NCBI GenBank assembly: GCA_027001995.1
Contig: JALTLO010000182.1
Span: forward strand, 44,168-100,046
Direction of reading: 5' to 3'
DNA length: 55,879 nt
Source of the DNA: Planctomycetota bacterium
Lineage (GTDB): Bacteria > Planctomycetota > GCA-002687715 > DRQF01
The number at the start of each line of letters is the position of its first letter. Position 1 is the first letter of the stretch. The notes under the pieces were generated by a model. That model saw only the letters and a program-made list of their open reading frames with translations. It was not told where the DNA came from and searched no databases. The translations under genes were made by a program, and so were the position numbers. This document shows, in pieces, positions 18,299 to 27,787 of this stretch.

Positions 18299-18717
18299 TG
18301 GGGATAGATGTCACGATAGTTGGATTCGTCGGCTGTGTCTTCCAGGTTATTGAGTACGGTGAGCCCAAATTGGGCTTCTTCCACCGCATCATCCATGAGC
18401 TTGCCAGATTCTTCTGACATGCCGCCATCTTCTTCGATCTTTTGGCGAACGAATTGGAATTGGTTCATCAGGTTGCCGACCATATGATTCACGGCCTTGA
18501 GTACCAAGGACACGGCATGGGGATTAGAATCGAGGGTGATCTTGTTCACCGCGTTCCTGCCCCAGAAGAAGGCGGATAAGCTAGATACCAAGCCGACGAA
18601 GGCGATTGTTATGCCGTAGTCGCCCCAAGACACATCCGTTGTTCCCAAGAATTGGTCTGTGATGAGCTTGAAAACCACCATGGCGGCAGCACTTGCTAAG
18701 AAAACAATGACGATCAT
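18295..18717 (-). CDS. Small 2-TM membrane protein with an H-box-like helical hairpin
   Basis: 140-aa ORF with two hydrophobic helices, then KAVNHMVGNLMNQFQ. Translationally coupled to the downstream gene. Confidence 0.65.
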   Translation of the reverse strand: MIVIVFLASAAAMVVFKLITDQFLGTTDVSWGDYGITIAFVGLVSSLSAFFWGRNAVNKITLDSNPHAVSLVLKAVNHMVGNLMNQFQFVRQKIEEDGGMSEESGKLMDDAVEEAQFGLTVLNNLEDTADESNYRDIYPQ

Positions 18718-18848
18718 AGCGAGTCCATCTGAAGATCATTTTCGATCAATGTACAACCTACCCATTCCTGGATCTACATCATTTCTTGACAAAAGTCACC
18801 GACCGAGGGGGTTATCTTAATTCTTCGGCCAGTTCCTCTTAGGTCTTG

Positions 18849-21086
18849 CTAGTCGTTTAGCTCTTCCAGGAAGAATTTTGTCATCTTTTGGTAGAAGTGC
18901 CAGCGATTGGGACCTCGAAGGCCATGAGGCTGACCCGGGTAAGTCATGTATTCCACAGGTTTGTCCTGTTCGATACAGGCTGAAAGGAAGGCAATGGTGT
19001 GCTGCCAGACGACAGTGACATCGGAGGAGCCTTGGACGACCAGGAGACGACCTTTGAGACCATTTAAGTGGTTGGCTGGCATAGCTTCCTTGTAGCCTTC
19101 AGGGTTTTCCTCTGGTGTATCCATGTAGCGCTCGCCATAGCCGGTTTCATAGTACGACCAGTCGGTGACCGGGGCCCCGGATATGCCACATTTGAAGTAA
19201 TCTCCAGCCCTGGTCATTAATGACAGGGTCATGAATCCACCGTAGCTCCAGCCGTGGACGCCTACACGGTTACGGTCGACGTAGGGGCGTTTGAAGAGAT
19301 ACTCAAGGCCAGCGATTTGATCTTGAATTTCAATGGTGCCCATTTTCCGGTGAATGGCTTGCATGAATTCGATGCCCCGTTGAGGGGTGCCGTGGCCATC
19401 GATACGCATGACGATGATGCCTTGGTTAGCCATGTAGTGGAACCACGGAGACGAAAACCCCGCGCCGCCGCCAAATTCGTCTTTGACCAATTGGGCGTGA
19501 GGCCCGCCATAGACGTAAAGAAGGACTGGGTACTTCTTCGACTCATCTAAGTCAGGGGGCAGAATGATGTGGCCGTAGAGGGTGGAGCCATCTTGGGCCT
19601 TGGTGGTGAAGAGCTCTTCATGTCCGTGACGGTATTTGTCCCAAGGGTTTTTCGTCCTTTGAATCACGACGCTCTTGTTGGTGTCAAGATTGATGATCTC
19701 GACTTTGACGCTTTGATTCAGCTGGCTGTGGCTGTCCAAAACATAGCGCCCCCCTGGGGAGATCTTGGCGTCGTGCTGCCCACCCCCAGCAGTCAGTTTC
19801 TTGGGTAGCTCTTTAACGACATGGATATGTTGGTTGTCGCCCTGGCGCAGCTTAGTGAGTGCGCTCTCTGGCATGAGGGGAGAAGAAAAGAGGTGGCTTT
19901 CTGTTGGCGTCTCACCGGCACCCAAGTAGTAGATGAGCTTGCCATCATCGGAGAAACCTTGAAAAGCGCTGACATCCCAGTCCCCATTGGTAACACGCTG
20001 CATGAAGCTGCCCTGATTGCTACAGAGGTAGAGGTTGTGAAAGCCTCCTCGGTAGCTGAACCACAGGAAGTCGCCTGTGTCGTTTGGCAAGAACATAGGA
20101 CCGTGCTCAGGCTCAATCCATTGCTCATCTTTTTCGGTGAAGAGCTTGGCCTTGAAGGCTCCGGTCTTGGCATCCCAAGTCTTGAGATCCATGGTGTTTT
20201 GTCCACGATTGACGTGGGCAATATAGAGAGTCTCGCCTTTGGGGTCCCAAGTGACATTGGTGAGGTATTGGTCGACGGATGTGTCTGTCTTCAACCAAGT
20301 GACACGGTCATTCCGGGTGTCATAGACACCAACGGTGACAATACTCCCGGGACGTCCAGCCATGGGATAGCGTGCTTTGATGTTCTGAGCTGGCCGAGAC
20401 TTCCAGTCGATCAGCGGTGATTCTTCAATCGGTCTGAGATCTTCTCGGTAGAATGCCAATCGGCGGCCAGTGGGATCCCACCACATGCCATCGGTGATGC
20501 CGAATTCCACACGGCTCACGGACAGGCCATGGGTCAGGAATTCGTAGCCACCCTCGGTGACTTGGAAGGTGCTGCCATCCGGTTTTTTCACGAAGACATT
20601 TTTGTCTTCGGAATAGGCGGCATAAACGTCGCCTTTCGCCCAGGTGGAGGCTTCCGCAGTTCCGGGGATCTTGAGCCCGCGGCTGAGTTTCTTCGAAGCC
20701 AAGTGGAGGTGGTAGAGTTGCCCGTTTTGGACGAAGCGGAGAGATGCCCCGTCTTCGCTCCAGGTGGCTCCCATGAGGGAGCCTAAGCTGAGTGACTTGA
20801 CCCCAGATTCTTTGGCAATCTCCTTGACCTCTTTCGCCGCCAAGATCACAGTCTCTTTGCCACTTTTGGCATCGATGCGAACCAAACCCGCACCCCTCAT
20901 GGAGCGTTTGAAGCAGGTGACGCTTTGACCGTTCGGATGCCATTGAAGTGCGGCCAACTTCCGTGCCGAAAAGCCAAATGGCCTCATGACCGCTTGTTTG
21001 AGGGAGAAATCTTTCTTCTCAGATTGAGCAGGAAGGAGGGGAGTTAACAGGCACAAGAAGAGTGTGAGGGCGGATAGGCGTCGCAT
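18849..21086 (-). CDS. Dipeptidyl-peptidase IV (S9B family), secreted
   Basis: GWSYGG, SSDVTV (Asp), PHG (His), YPMAG and VYGGPHAQ motifs. Start moved to ATG 21086, which has a GGAGA RBS and is followed by a signal peptide (MRRLSAL..PA-Q). Confidence 0.93.
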   Translation of the reverse strand: MRRLSALTLFLCLLTPLLPAQSEKKDFSLKQAVMRPFGFSARKLAALQWHPNGQSVTCFKRSMRGAGLVRIDAKSGKETVILAAKEVKEIAKESGVKSLSLGSLMGATWSEDGASLRFVQNGQLYHLHLASKKLSRGLKIPGTAEASTWAKGDVYAAYSEDKNVFVKKPDGSTFQVTEGGYEFLTHGLSVSRVEFGITDGMWWDPTGRRLAFYREDLRPIEESPLIDWKSRPAQNIKARYPMAGRPGSIVTVGVYDTRNDRVTWLKTDTSVDQYLTNVTWDPKGETLYIAHVNRGQNTMDLKTWDAKTGAFKAKLFTEKDEQWIEPEHGPMFLPNDTGDFLWFSYRGGFHNLYLCSNQGSFMQRVTNGDWDVSAFQGFSDDGKLIYYLGAGETPTESHLFSSPLMPESALTKLRQGDNQHIHVVKELPKKLTAGGGQHDAKISPGGRYVLDSHSQLNQSVKVEIINLDTNKSVVIQRTKNPWDKYRHGHEELFTTKAQDGSTLYGHIILPPDLDESKKYPVLLYVYGGPHAQLVKDEFGGGAGFSSPWFHYMANQGIIVMRIDGHGTPQRGIEFMQAIHRKMGTIEIQDQIAGLEYLFKRPYVDRNRVGVHGWSYGGFMTLSLMTRAGDYFKCGISGAPVTDWSYYETGYGERYMDTPEENPEGYKEAMPANHLNGLKGRLLVVQGSSDVTVVWQHTIAFLSACIEQDKPVEYMTYPGQPHGLRGPNRWHFYQKMTKFFLEELND

Positions 21087-21195
21087 GGGATCTCCAAAAC
21101 ACGGAACTGACTGGGAGCGGAGTTTACTCAATCTACGCTTCCAGGTCAGCTCGCCTTTCACATTTCCGCCTTCCTTCTGGTCAGGAGGGGATATC

Positions 21196-21978
21196 TTATT
21201 TGGCGTAGGGGTTGACGCGCCAGAGTTTCAAGGAAATCTGAGACAAAGCCCGGGTGGCATAGAGGCAGATGACCAAGGTGTAGATCAAGAAGTAGATTTC
21301 GACCATGTCGATCAGGCATACCAAGATGATGTAGCTGGGGTAGTCGACCACGAATTTACCCCCTTTTTCGATGATACCAATGAGTTTGGCCAATGGGCTG
21401 GGCTCACCGCCCCCTTCCCCTGGAGGGAAGGCATCGAGCCACTCCTGCCGTTTGACGAATTGGGTGCAGGAGATGCCAATGGCTAAACCGGTCATACCGA
21501 TCACGGCGATGTAGAGAATGATCTCTGAACTGCCCCAACAATCAACAATGGGCTGGAGAAGCTTGATTTCTACCCCATTGTTGGTCTGCTGATAGAGCCT
21601 GAATGCGATGGCCATGTAGACGAAGTAGGCTTTCAGCTCATCGATGAAGAAATCGAAGAACATGCCGATCACCGAGCCAGCCTTGCGGGCTCTTGCTAAT
21701 TGACCATCCAAGGCATCTAACATGTGGGCAATCATGAAGAGGGCGCCACCGACGATGAGGCCAGCATAGCTGAGCCACAGAATATGGGTGGCTGTGCCGA
21801 TGAGGCCAACGATCAAGGACATGATGGTCACTTGGTTGGGCGTGATTTTTGAGTCTTTGATGAAGTAAAGAATCAAAGAGGCAAGAGGCCGTGAAAAAAG
21901 CTTGAATGCGAGGCCTTCTTTGGCTCCAAAGGTGGATTGCTTGTGAAGGGCCTTAATTTCATTCCAGGCAGAAGCCAT
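21196..21978 (-). CDS. CDP-alcohol phosphatidyltransferase family protein
   Basis: TPNQVT and the signature DALDGQLARARKAGSVIGMFFDFFID. Start moved to ATG 21978 (GAGG RBS). Confidence 0.9.
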   Translation of the reverse strand: MASAWNEIKALHKQSTFGAKEGLAFKLFSRPLASLILYFIKDSKITPNQVTIMSLIVGLIGTATHILWLSYAGLIVGGALFMIAHMLDALDGQLARARKAGSVIGMFFDFFIDELKAYFVYMAIAFRLYQQTNNGVEIKLLQPIVDCWGSSEIILYIAVIGMTGLAIGISCTQFVKRQEWLDAFPPGEGGGEPSPLAKLIGIIEKGGKFVVDYPSYIILVCLIDMVEIYFLIYTLVICLYATRALSQISLKLWRVNPYAK

Positions 21979-22183
21979 GATCAATACCTCGTAGACAAAA
22001 TCATCAAGAATCGAGGCTCCTTGTAACAAGGGGCCACCGGGGTTTGAAGCGTCTTCGAGGTTGAACGACGGCAGACGTGGGTAGGGAGGGCGGCGGAACC
22101 CCTGGGGATTTCATTGAGGGGTTAGCAATAGCGATGCCCTTTCTCTCATAACACGTTCATTGGCCACATCTTATGATTGAGCG

Positions 22184-22207
22184 GGGGGCTCCTGGATTGG
22201 AGCCCCC
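22184..22207. terminator. GC-rich hairpin downstream of the vWA gene (possible terminator or RNA-stabilising stem)
   Basis: GGGGGCTCC-tggatt-GGAGCCCCC, a perfect 9-bp stem about 65 bp past the stop. It has no U-tract on the minus strand. Confidence 0.45.
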
Positions 22208-22272
22208 AAAAGAGGTTCTGTTTGATGAGGGCCTTTATCTGCCGTTTTCATGGCGAAAGATGAGGAGAGAAA

Positions 22273-23775
22273 TCAGTGCTCTTTGTGCTCCTCATGTTCC
22301 TTGCTGCCGGCTTTGGGCTTGCGGTGGTGGCCAAGCAGGTAGCGCTGGTACTCCACATCTTTTTGAAGTTGCCGCCTCGCCTCTGCATGATCATGCAATG
22401 GGGCGTTCTGACTTGCGGCCCAAAGTTCGGCCATGAAGTGATTGAGCAAGAAAGTTTGATTCAACAATAACTGGTCGCTGGTCACAATCGCGTGGGCGCG
22501 TGTTTCTTCATAAATCTGCTCGAAGGATTTACGCAGAGAATTGAAGAGCTTGGTGTCCAAACTTTCGATGGCTGCCTGAGCCTCTTCCATGGCATTTAAG
22601 ACATTGGCATAAAGCAGAACGCTTCGAGACTCACTGGCCTGAACCGCGCTGTAGGCCGCATCATATCTGGCTGTGACGTTGACTTGTTGTGTCTTGCGGC
22701 TTCCAGATTCTGGGTCGTCATAGGTCACAGTGACCAAGACTTGGAGTGATCCATTTCTTTCTCGGGCCCCTGGTTTGATCTCCAAGAGCATGATCTTGCT
22801 TTCCCCATCTCGCATGTCACCGATACCAGCACCGTGCTTCATTGTGGGCCCAGGTATGAGCTCACCGTAAACCCGTGTAATGGGATTACCTCGGCTCGGG
22901 CGGACATCCAATTTGACGTTTTGAGCCACCACGGCTAGAAAACCGTTAAGTTCGTTGGCGACGGCTTCGGGAATTCGTTCCGGTTCTTTCACCAAGGTGT
23001 AGCGTCCAGAACCAGCTGTGGCCATGTCGACCATGAGCTTTTCGTCAAATTTGCTGCCACAGCCGATGGTGGAAAGGTGGATTCCTCGCTTTCTGGCCTG
23101 CTCGATCATGCCAGTGATTTTGGCAGGGTTTGATACTCCACGATTTGCCAAGCCGTCGGTGAGGACAATGACTTGTTTGTGTTGGCCTTCCTGGCTCATA
23201 GAGTCAATTTGTGCAAATGACTCTAACATTCCTGCACTGAGGTTGGTGTTTCCCTCTGGCTTGAAATCTGCCAGGCAGTGATACAGAAACTCCTTGTTGA
23301 CGGCATATCCAGCAGGAGAAAGTGTGACAGCCTCGTCGCCAAAGATGATCAATGAGATGACATCTTCAGGAGACAAGTTTTCAATGATCAGTTTGGCCGC
23401 TTGAATGGCATATTCGAATTTCTTTTGCTTGGCCATCGAACCAGAACGATCGAAAACCAGGGCAAGGTTGAGGGGTTTTCTGTGGATAGGCTTGGTTGAC
23501 TTGGCCACCAGGTCAACCTTGAGAACCAAACGCTTGGGTGTTGTTCTTGAGTAGACAGAGTTTCCTAAAGTTGCTTGGAGTGTCAGTGGCTCACCCTGTG
23601 GATTTCTGGTCTCGTCGGAATTCGAATGACTTGGTTTTGATTGGGGTCCCTCTTCAGTGTGGGAGCCTTCGTCAGTTTGCTGTGTTCTTGTCGAGAATGC
23701 CAAGTCTGTGGCGAAACCAAGATTTGCCAATGTCAAGACAATGACCAAGCTCAAATAGATCGGTCTTAATTGCAT
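22273..23775 (-). CDS. Secreted von Willebrand factor A (YfbK-like) domain protein with His-rich tail
   Basis: MIDAS DRSGSM, GNTN and LTDGLAN motifs, with an N-terminal signal peptide. ATG 23775 overlaps the upstream stop (TGATG). Confidence 0.88.
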   Translation of the reverse strand: MQLRPIYLSLVIVLTLANLGFATDLAFSTRTQQTDEGSHTEEGPQSKPSHSNSDETRNPQGEPLTLQATLGNSVYSRTTPKRLVLKVDLVAKSTKPIHRKPLNLALVFDRSGSMAKQKKFEYAIQAAKLIIENLSPEDVISLIIFGDEAVTLSPAGYAVNKEFLYHCLADFKPEGNTNLSAGMLESFAQIDSMSQEGQHKQVIVLTDGLANRGVSNPAKITGMIEQARKRGIHLSTIGCGSKFDEKLMVDMATAGSGRYTLVKEPERIPEAVANELNGFLAVVAQNVKLDVRPSRGNPITRVYGELIPGPTMKHGAGIGDMRDGESKIMLLEIKPGARERNGSLQVLVTVTYDDPESGSRKTQQVNVTARYDAAYSAVQASESRSVLLYANVLNAMEEAQAAIESLDTKLFNSLRKSFEQIYEETRAHAIVTSDQLLLNQTFLLNHFMAELWAASQNAPLHDHAEARRQLQKDVEYQRYLLGHHRKPKAGSKEHEEHKEH

Positions 23776-24467
23776 CAGTTCTTCCTGTCCCAAGAGCTTC
23801 TCTTTTTGACGAGGAAAGCGTTTGCGCTTGGCTTTTTCAAGCGAGGGAGTGCCTCTGGGGCCAAGCGACTTGCTACTTTAAAACCCCGAGGGCGTTTTGT
23901 GGTGGCTGCTGTTGCTGAGGGTCGGCTCTCGCGCTGACGGCGAAATGAACTCTCTTGGGGCTGCCTGCGCCGTGACCGCCTGCGACTGTTTTTTTCGACA
24001 TACTCCGGGGCCAAAGTAACACCATTGTCGATAAACCTTGTGGACGTATGGCGGCGACCAAATCTTGTAATGCGGTTGTAGGTGAGTCCTTGAGCAATGC
24101 CGGGACCATAGATGGTTCCGTAGCCACCGTAGTCGAGGCCATATCCATTCCCATAACCGTAGGGTGAGTACCCACCAAAACCGAAGTTGTTGTAACCCAG
24201 GGCGTCGAATCTGTGGGCGTTGACGCCGTAGGGGTTGTATCCATAGCCGTTGTAACCGTAACCATTGAATCCGAAGCTATTGTGTCTAAAGGCATTGTTC
24301 CCATTGTAGTAGTGGCGAACGGCGCTGGAACGATGGGAATTAAAGCCATAGGAGCCGTGGCCATAAACTCCGAATCCACCATGCTGAGCTGAGGCTGATG
24401 GTAAGGGTAGGCAGAAAATGGAAAGGAAAACGAGGGATGTGACACCCAGAACGCGCGTGATTTTCAT
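23775..24467 (-). CDS. Secreted Gly/Tyr/Asn/Phe-rich low-complexity protein with Arg-rich C-terminus
   Basis: GGAGA RBS, signal peptide ending ASA-Q, GYG/GYN repeats, and coupling to the vWA gene. Confidence 0.75.
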   Translation of the reverse strand: MKITRVLGVTSLVFLSIFCLPLPSASAQHGGFGVYGHGSYGFNSHRSSAVRHYYNGNNAFRHNSFGFNGYGYNGYGYNPYGVNAHRFDALGYNNFGFGGYSPYGYGNGYGLDYGGYGTIYGPGIAQGLTYNRITRFGRRHTSTRFIDNGVTLAPEYVEKNSRRRSRRRQPQESSFRRQRESRPSATAATTKRPRGFKVASRLAPEALPRLKKPSANAFLVKKRSSWDRKN

Positions 24468-24818
24468 TGCGATTCTCCAAAAGAAAGCACTGCACTCGTA
24501 GAACGAGGCTCAGGAACCCGCTTGATTATCCATGCGAGCAACTCTGAAGCCGTTGACTACGGTGCTGAAAATCATCCGGGCCACCATGATCATAGACGAA
24601 AATAATGTCTTAGACATGGAAGAAAAACCAAAGAAAACAAGAATCACCCCTTCGGAGCACCAAGAGCCCCAGAATCATCGGTCGATTTTGGTTTAGTCAC
24701 CAAGAATTGTGACCGCCCTCTCATTTGGCTTGATCTTGTACTGATAAATAACCCACGTGGCTGCCATGTTCTTGTGTGACGATGATTTTGAATCACCGGA
24801 TATGTCAAATTACTTTGC

Positions 24819-25859
24819 CTACAGTGTTGTGGGGCGAGCGAGGAAGAAACCGTCGGCGCCTTCGGCTTGATAGCGGGGAAAAAGGATGATGCCGGATTCT
24901 TTGGCTCGGATGGGGCCATGGCGATCGTGAGCCAAGATTTGTCCTGCATCCACCGATGAGAAGTTTCGGAATCCCGGTGTCATGACGAATTGATCGTCTT
25001 CCTCTACCGCATAGCGATGATTTATTTCTAGGTAACGGGGAAGTCCTTTGCTTCGTTGGACCAAAAGGGCGCGGGCTTCTTCTTGTTTTGGGTCTGATGA
25101 CGAATCTGTCATACCAATGGCGCCTATGGCCACACGGATACAAGCTTCATGGCAGTCCACTGTGTCGGGGTCGTCGTTTTGCCCCCCTTCGACACCGATG
25201 GCACCATGACCAAAACTGGCAATGTAGTCCATGAGTGTACCTTGCATGCGGGGCCGTAAACCAAGGATCATGGGGATGGAAAGGCTTTCCATGAATTGAC
25301 GATGGTGGGTGACTTCCATGCAACAAGCAAAGGGCGCTCCTAACCCAGAAGTGCTATGAAGATCAAGCAGGAAGACTTTGCCAGAGGTTTGGTCCATGGC
25401 GTGATGAAGGATGGGTAAGAGGGCCGCCATTTCTACTTCTTCGGGGAAGGCCGCAGACTTGGGGTCTTTCCGCAATCGATTTGCTCGTTCTTGTGACCAA
25501 ATGCGATTGAGGTCTTTGACTTGGTAGCGCTCTTTCAAAGCAAGGGCTTGCATGTTGCCGGTGAGGGCCAAGACCCGGCCACGGCTCAATGTCTGGGAAG
25601 AAAAGTCGGCCATGATCCGCAGTAAGGCGCGGCCTCCAGCGGGCTCATTGCCGTGGACACCGGCGGTGCACAAAAGCAATGGTCCAGGTCTGCGCGTGTC
25701 GAGATCACAGATGATGCGTTTCTTAGCCCAAGAGTCGATCGCTTTGATTCCTTTCGCTGGCTCTCTTACGTTTTGAAAAGAGGTTTCAAGACTGGCAGCA
25801 ACTTTTCTTTTCTTCTGGTGGCGGTCCGCCGCAGCAACTCTTCTTGTCACTGTGATCAT
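24819..25859 (-). CDS. Succinylglutamate desuccinylase/aspartoacylase (AstE/AspA) family Zn hydrolase
   Basis: GVHGNE, DLNR, LDLHST and VEGGQ motifs. The start is uncertain: the nearest ATG at 25859 overlaps the upstream gene by about 70 bp. Confidence 0.85.
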   Translation of the reverse strand: MITVTRRVAAADRHQKKRKVAASLETSFQNVREPAKGIKAIDSWAKKRIICDLDTRRPGPLLLCTAGVHGNEPAGGRALLRIMADFSSQTLSRGRVLALTGNMQALALKERYQVKDLNRIWSQERANRLRKDPKSAAFPEEVEMAALLPILHHAMDQTSGKVFLLDLHSTSGLGAPFACCMEVTHHRQFMESLSIPMILGLRPRMQGTLMDYIASFGHGAIGVEGGQNDDPDTVDCHEACIRVAIGAIGMTDSSSDPKQEEARALLVQRSKGLPRYLEINHRYAVEEDDQFVMTPGFRNFSSVDAGQILAHDRHGPIRAKESGIILFPRYQAEGADGFFLARPTTL

Positions 25860-27723
25860 GTCCGTGGCCGTCGTCTTCTCCCGCTTGGCTAAACACGTGG
25901 CTGATGAAACCTTGAGGACCCTGTCGATAGAGAGAAAGTAGAAGTCCAAGGCCCAGGATCAATAAGGAAGCCTCATGGAGACCTAAGCTCATTGGACCGT
26001 GGGATTCGTTTGCATGTTGGTGTTCTTGCTGGAGATCTTGAGTGTGGTTTTGGTGATGGGTTTTGTTTGCTTGAACCTCTTCGACCGTCTTCTCCAATGC
26101 CACAAACTGGCTGTCCGCCAATACGATGTTGGTGATCCAACCGACGGCAACGGTGGATGTCACGATGGCGATGACAAATGCCACCGCCAGCTTCTTGCCG
26201 TGGAGGCTTTTGAGAAGGCCAAAGGTGGTGATGTTGGTTGCCGGGCCTGTCAATAGGAATGCGATGGCGGCTCCGGGGCTGATTCCTTTGAGTAGGAAGA
26301 CGGCTACGATGGGGGTAGCACCGGAAGCACAGACATAGAGAGGAATGCCGATGACTGCGAATAGGGGTACTTGGAGCCAGGATGGAATGCTCTCAAAAGC
26401 GTCATCGGGGAGCAGGGGTTGGCAAATGGCTGCGACGACTAGTCCTAAGACAATCCATGGCGCGGTTGTGTCGAAGAACTTCATCCACCCGATTTTAATG
26501 GCTTCGACTAGGCTTTTCTTTTCTTCCGCTTCCTCTGTGGGAGAGCTGTCGAAAGTCGGCGTTTTTGATTGGCCGATTTTCAGCTTCGCGAGCAGCCAAG
26601 CAGTTGATATGGCGACGATGGCGGCGGCAACGATGCGGGCGGCGGCCATTTTGCTCCCCAAGAGCGGGAGGGAGAGCAAGACCGCATCAATCCCAAGCTC
26701 AGGTGTGGCGATAAGGAAGGCCAAGGAAGCCCCAATGGGAACGCCTTTTTCCGCCAAGCTGCGATAAAGGGGTACAACACCGCAAGAACAAATCGGCAAG
26801 GGAAGACCAAATGCCATCCCTTTGAGTGATGACTTGAATGGACCTCCTTTTGACATCCACCGAACAGAGCTGCTAGGCAAGAAGACCTGGATCAACCCAG
26901 CCATGGTGAATGCCAAGACAAGGGCCGGGGCGCTTTCTTTTGCCAAGGACAAAAAGGAACTGAGGAATGTGCCAGCGGAAGTGCCTGCGTGATGGATGTC
27001 TTCGCCGAGTCTTTGGCTCGCATGAGCATGGGCCCCGGCGGTGAACATCCAAGAGAGCAGGAGGGCCCCGATGATGCAGCCAATGAAGGTACCGTTCTGT
27101 CTGCTCTTGGCCAAGGATGCGTCGCCGTTGTGGCCGGTTCGGTGCATGACGACGTGGAGCAAAGCTCCGCCCACCAAAGCCTGGAAGAGTCCTTCTTGGG
27201 ACTCGGAAACTTTGCCCTTAATGATCTCCGCACCCCAGTAACCAAGGACAGTCGAGAGCGCCAAGCCCCCAAGGACGGCTTGGGCTTTCAAGGCACCATA
27301 CTTCGGTTGAACAAGCCACCACAGGGTGAGGCCAGCAGGGATGCGATGGAGCACAACAGCCAAGGCCAAGACGGTCCAGCCAGCTTCCCCATCTAAAGCC
27401 ACTAGCCCCATGCCATCAAAAGTGCCGTGGGCAATGAGGCCGAAGGCTCCCATGAGCAAGGCAGCGGTGTGGGCACGCTCTGCCAAGCTTCGAACGCGAT
27501 GCTCAAAGAACGTTGGACCGAACCAGGCAACTCCCCCAATGAGCAAGCTGAGCCAACCTGCCTTGTGAAACGCCTCCGGCAGGATGTGCCCTAAAATGAG
27601 GCCAAGCATAGCCACAAAAGTGAAGGAGTCGAGGCCAGCCCGAACAGGGCCGCTCTTGTGACTGAACTTGTCGAGGATGGGTCCGACACCCAGCGCCAGA
27701 ATACTGGCGACCAACTGCATCAT
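25786..27723 (-). CDS. Metal permease: ZIP-like N-terminal domain fused to an ArsP/DUF318 (SO_0444-type) permease
   Basis: N-terminal HILPEAF, AHGTFDG and LHRIPAG motifs. C-terminal LPICSCGVVP, PLYVCASGATP and GPATN motifs. His/Cys-rich linkers and tail. Confidence 0.85.
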   Translation of the reverse strand: MMQLVASILALGVGPILDKFSHKSGPVRAGLDSFTFVAMLGLILGHILPEAFHKAGWLSLLIGGVAWFGPTFFEHRVRSLAERAHTAALLMGAFGLIAHGTFDGMGLVALDGEAGWTVLALAVVLHRIPAGLTLWWLVQPKYGALKAQAVLGGLALSTVLGYWGAEIIKGKVSESQEGLFQALVGGALLHVVMHRTGHNGDASLAKSRQNGTFIGCIIGALLLSWMFTAGAHAHASQRLGEDIHHAGTSAGTFLSSFLSLAKESAPALVLAFTMAGLIQVFLPSSSVRWMSKGGPFKSSLKGMAFGLPLPICSCGVVPLYRSLAEKGVPIGASLAFLIATPELGIDAVLLSLPLLGSKMAAARIVAAAIVAISTAWLLAKLKIGQSKTPTFDSSPTEEAEEKKSLVEAIKIGWMKFFDTTAPWIVLGLVVAAICQPLLPDDAFESIPSWLQVPLFAVIGIPLYVCASGATPIVAVFLLKGISPGAAIAFLLTGPATNITTFGLLKSLHGKKLAVAFVIAIVTSTVAVGWITNIVLADSQFVALEKTVEEVQANKTHHQNHTQDLQQEHQHANESHGPMSLGLHEASLLILGLGLLLSLYRQGPQGFISHVFSQAGEDDGHGHDHSDKKSCCGGPPPEEKKSCCQS

Positions 27724-27787
27724 GATTGACTCTCAGGCTTGGTCCAGGGTGACCCGACGGGTATCCACAGATAACGAGGACAATGCA

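Noticed and set aside
23873..24445. 190-aa Thr/Met/Asp-rich ORF in an alternative frame of the Gly/Tyr-rich gene
   Set aside because: It is a frame-shifted reading of the same repeats. The 230-aa frame has the RBS, the signal peptide and the coupling to the next gene.
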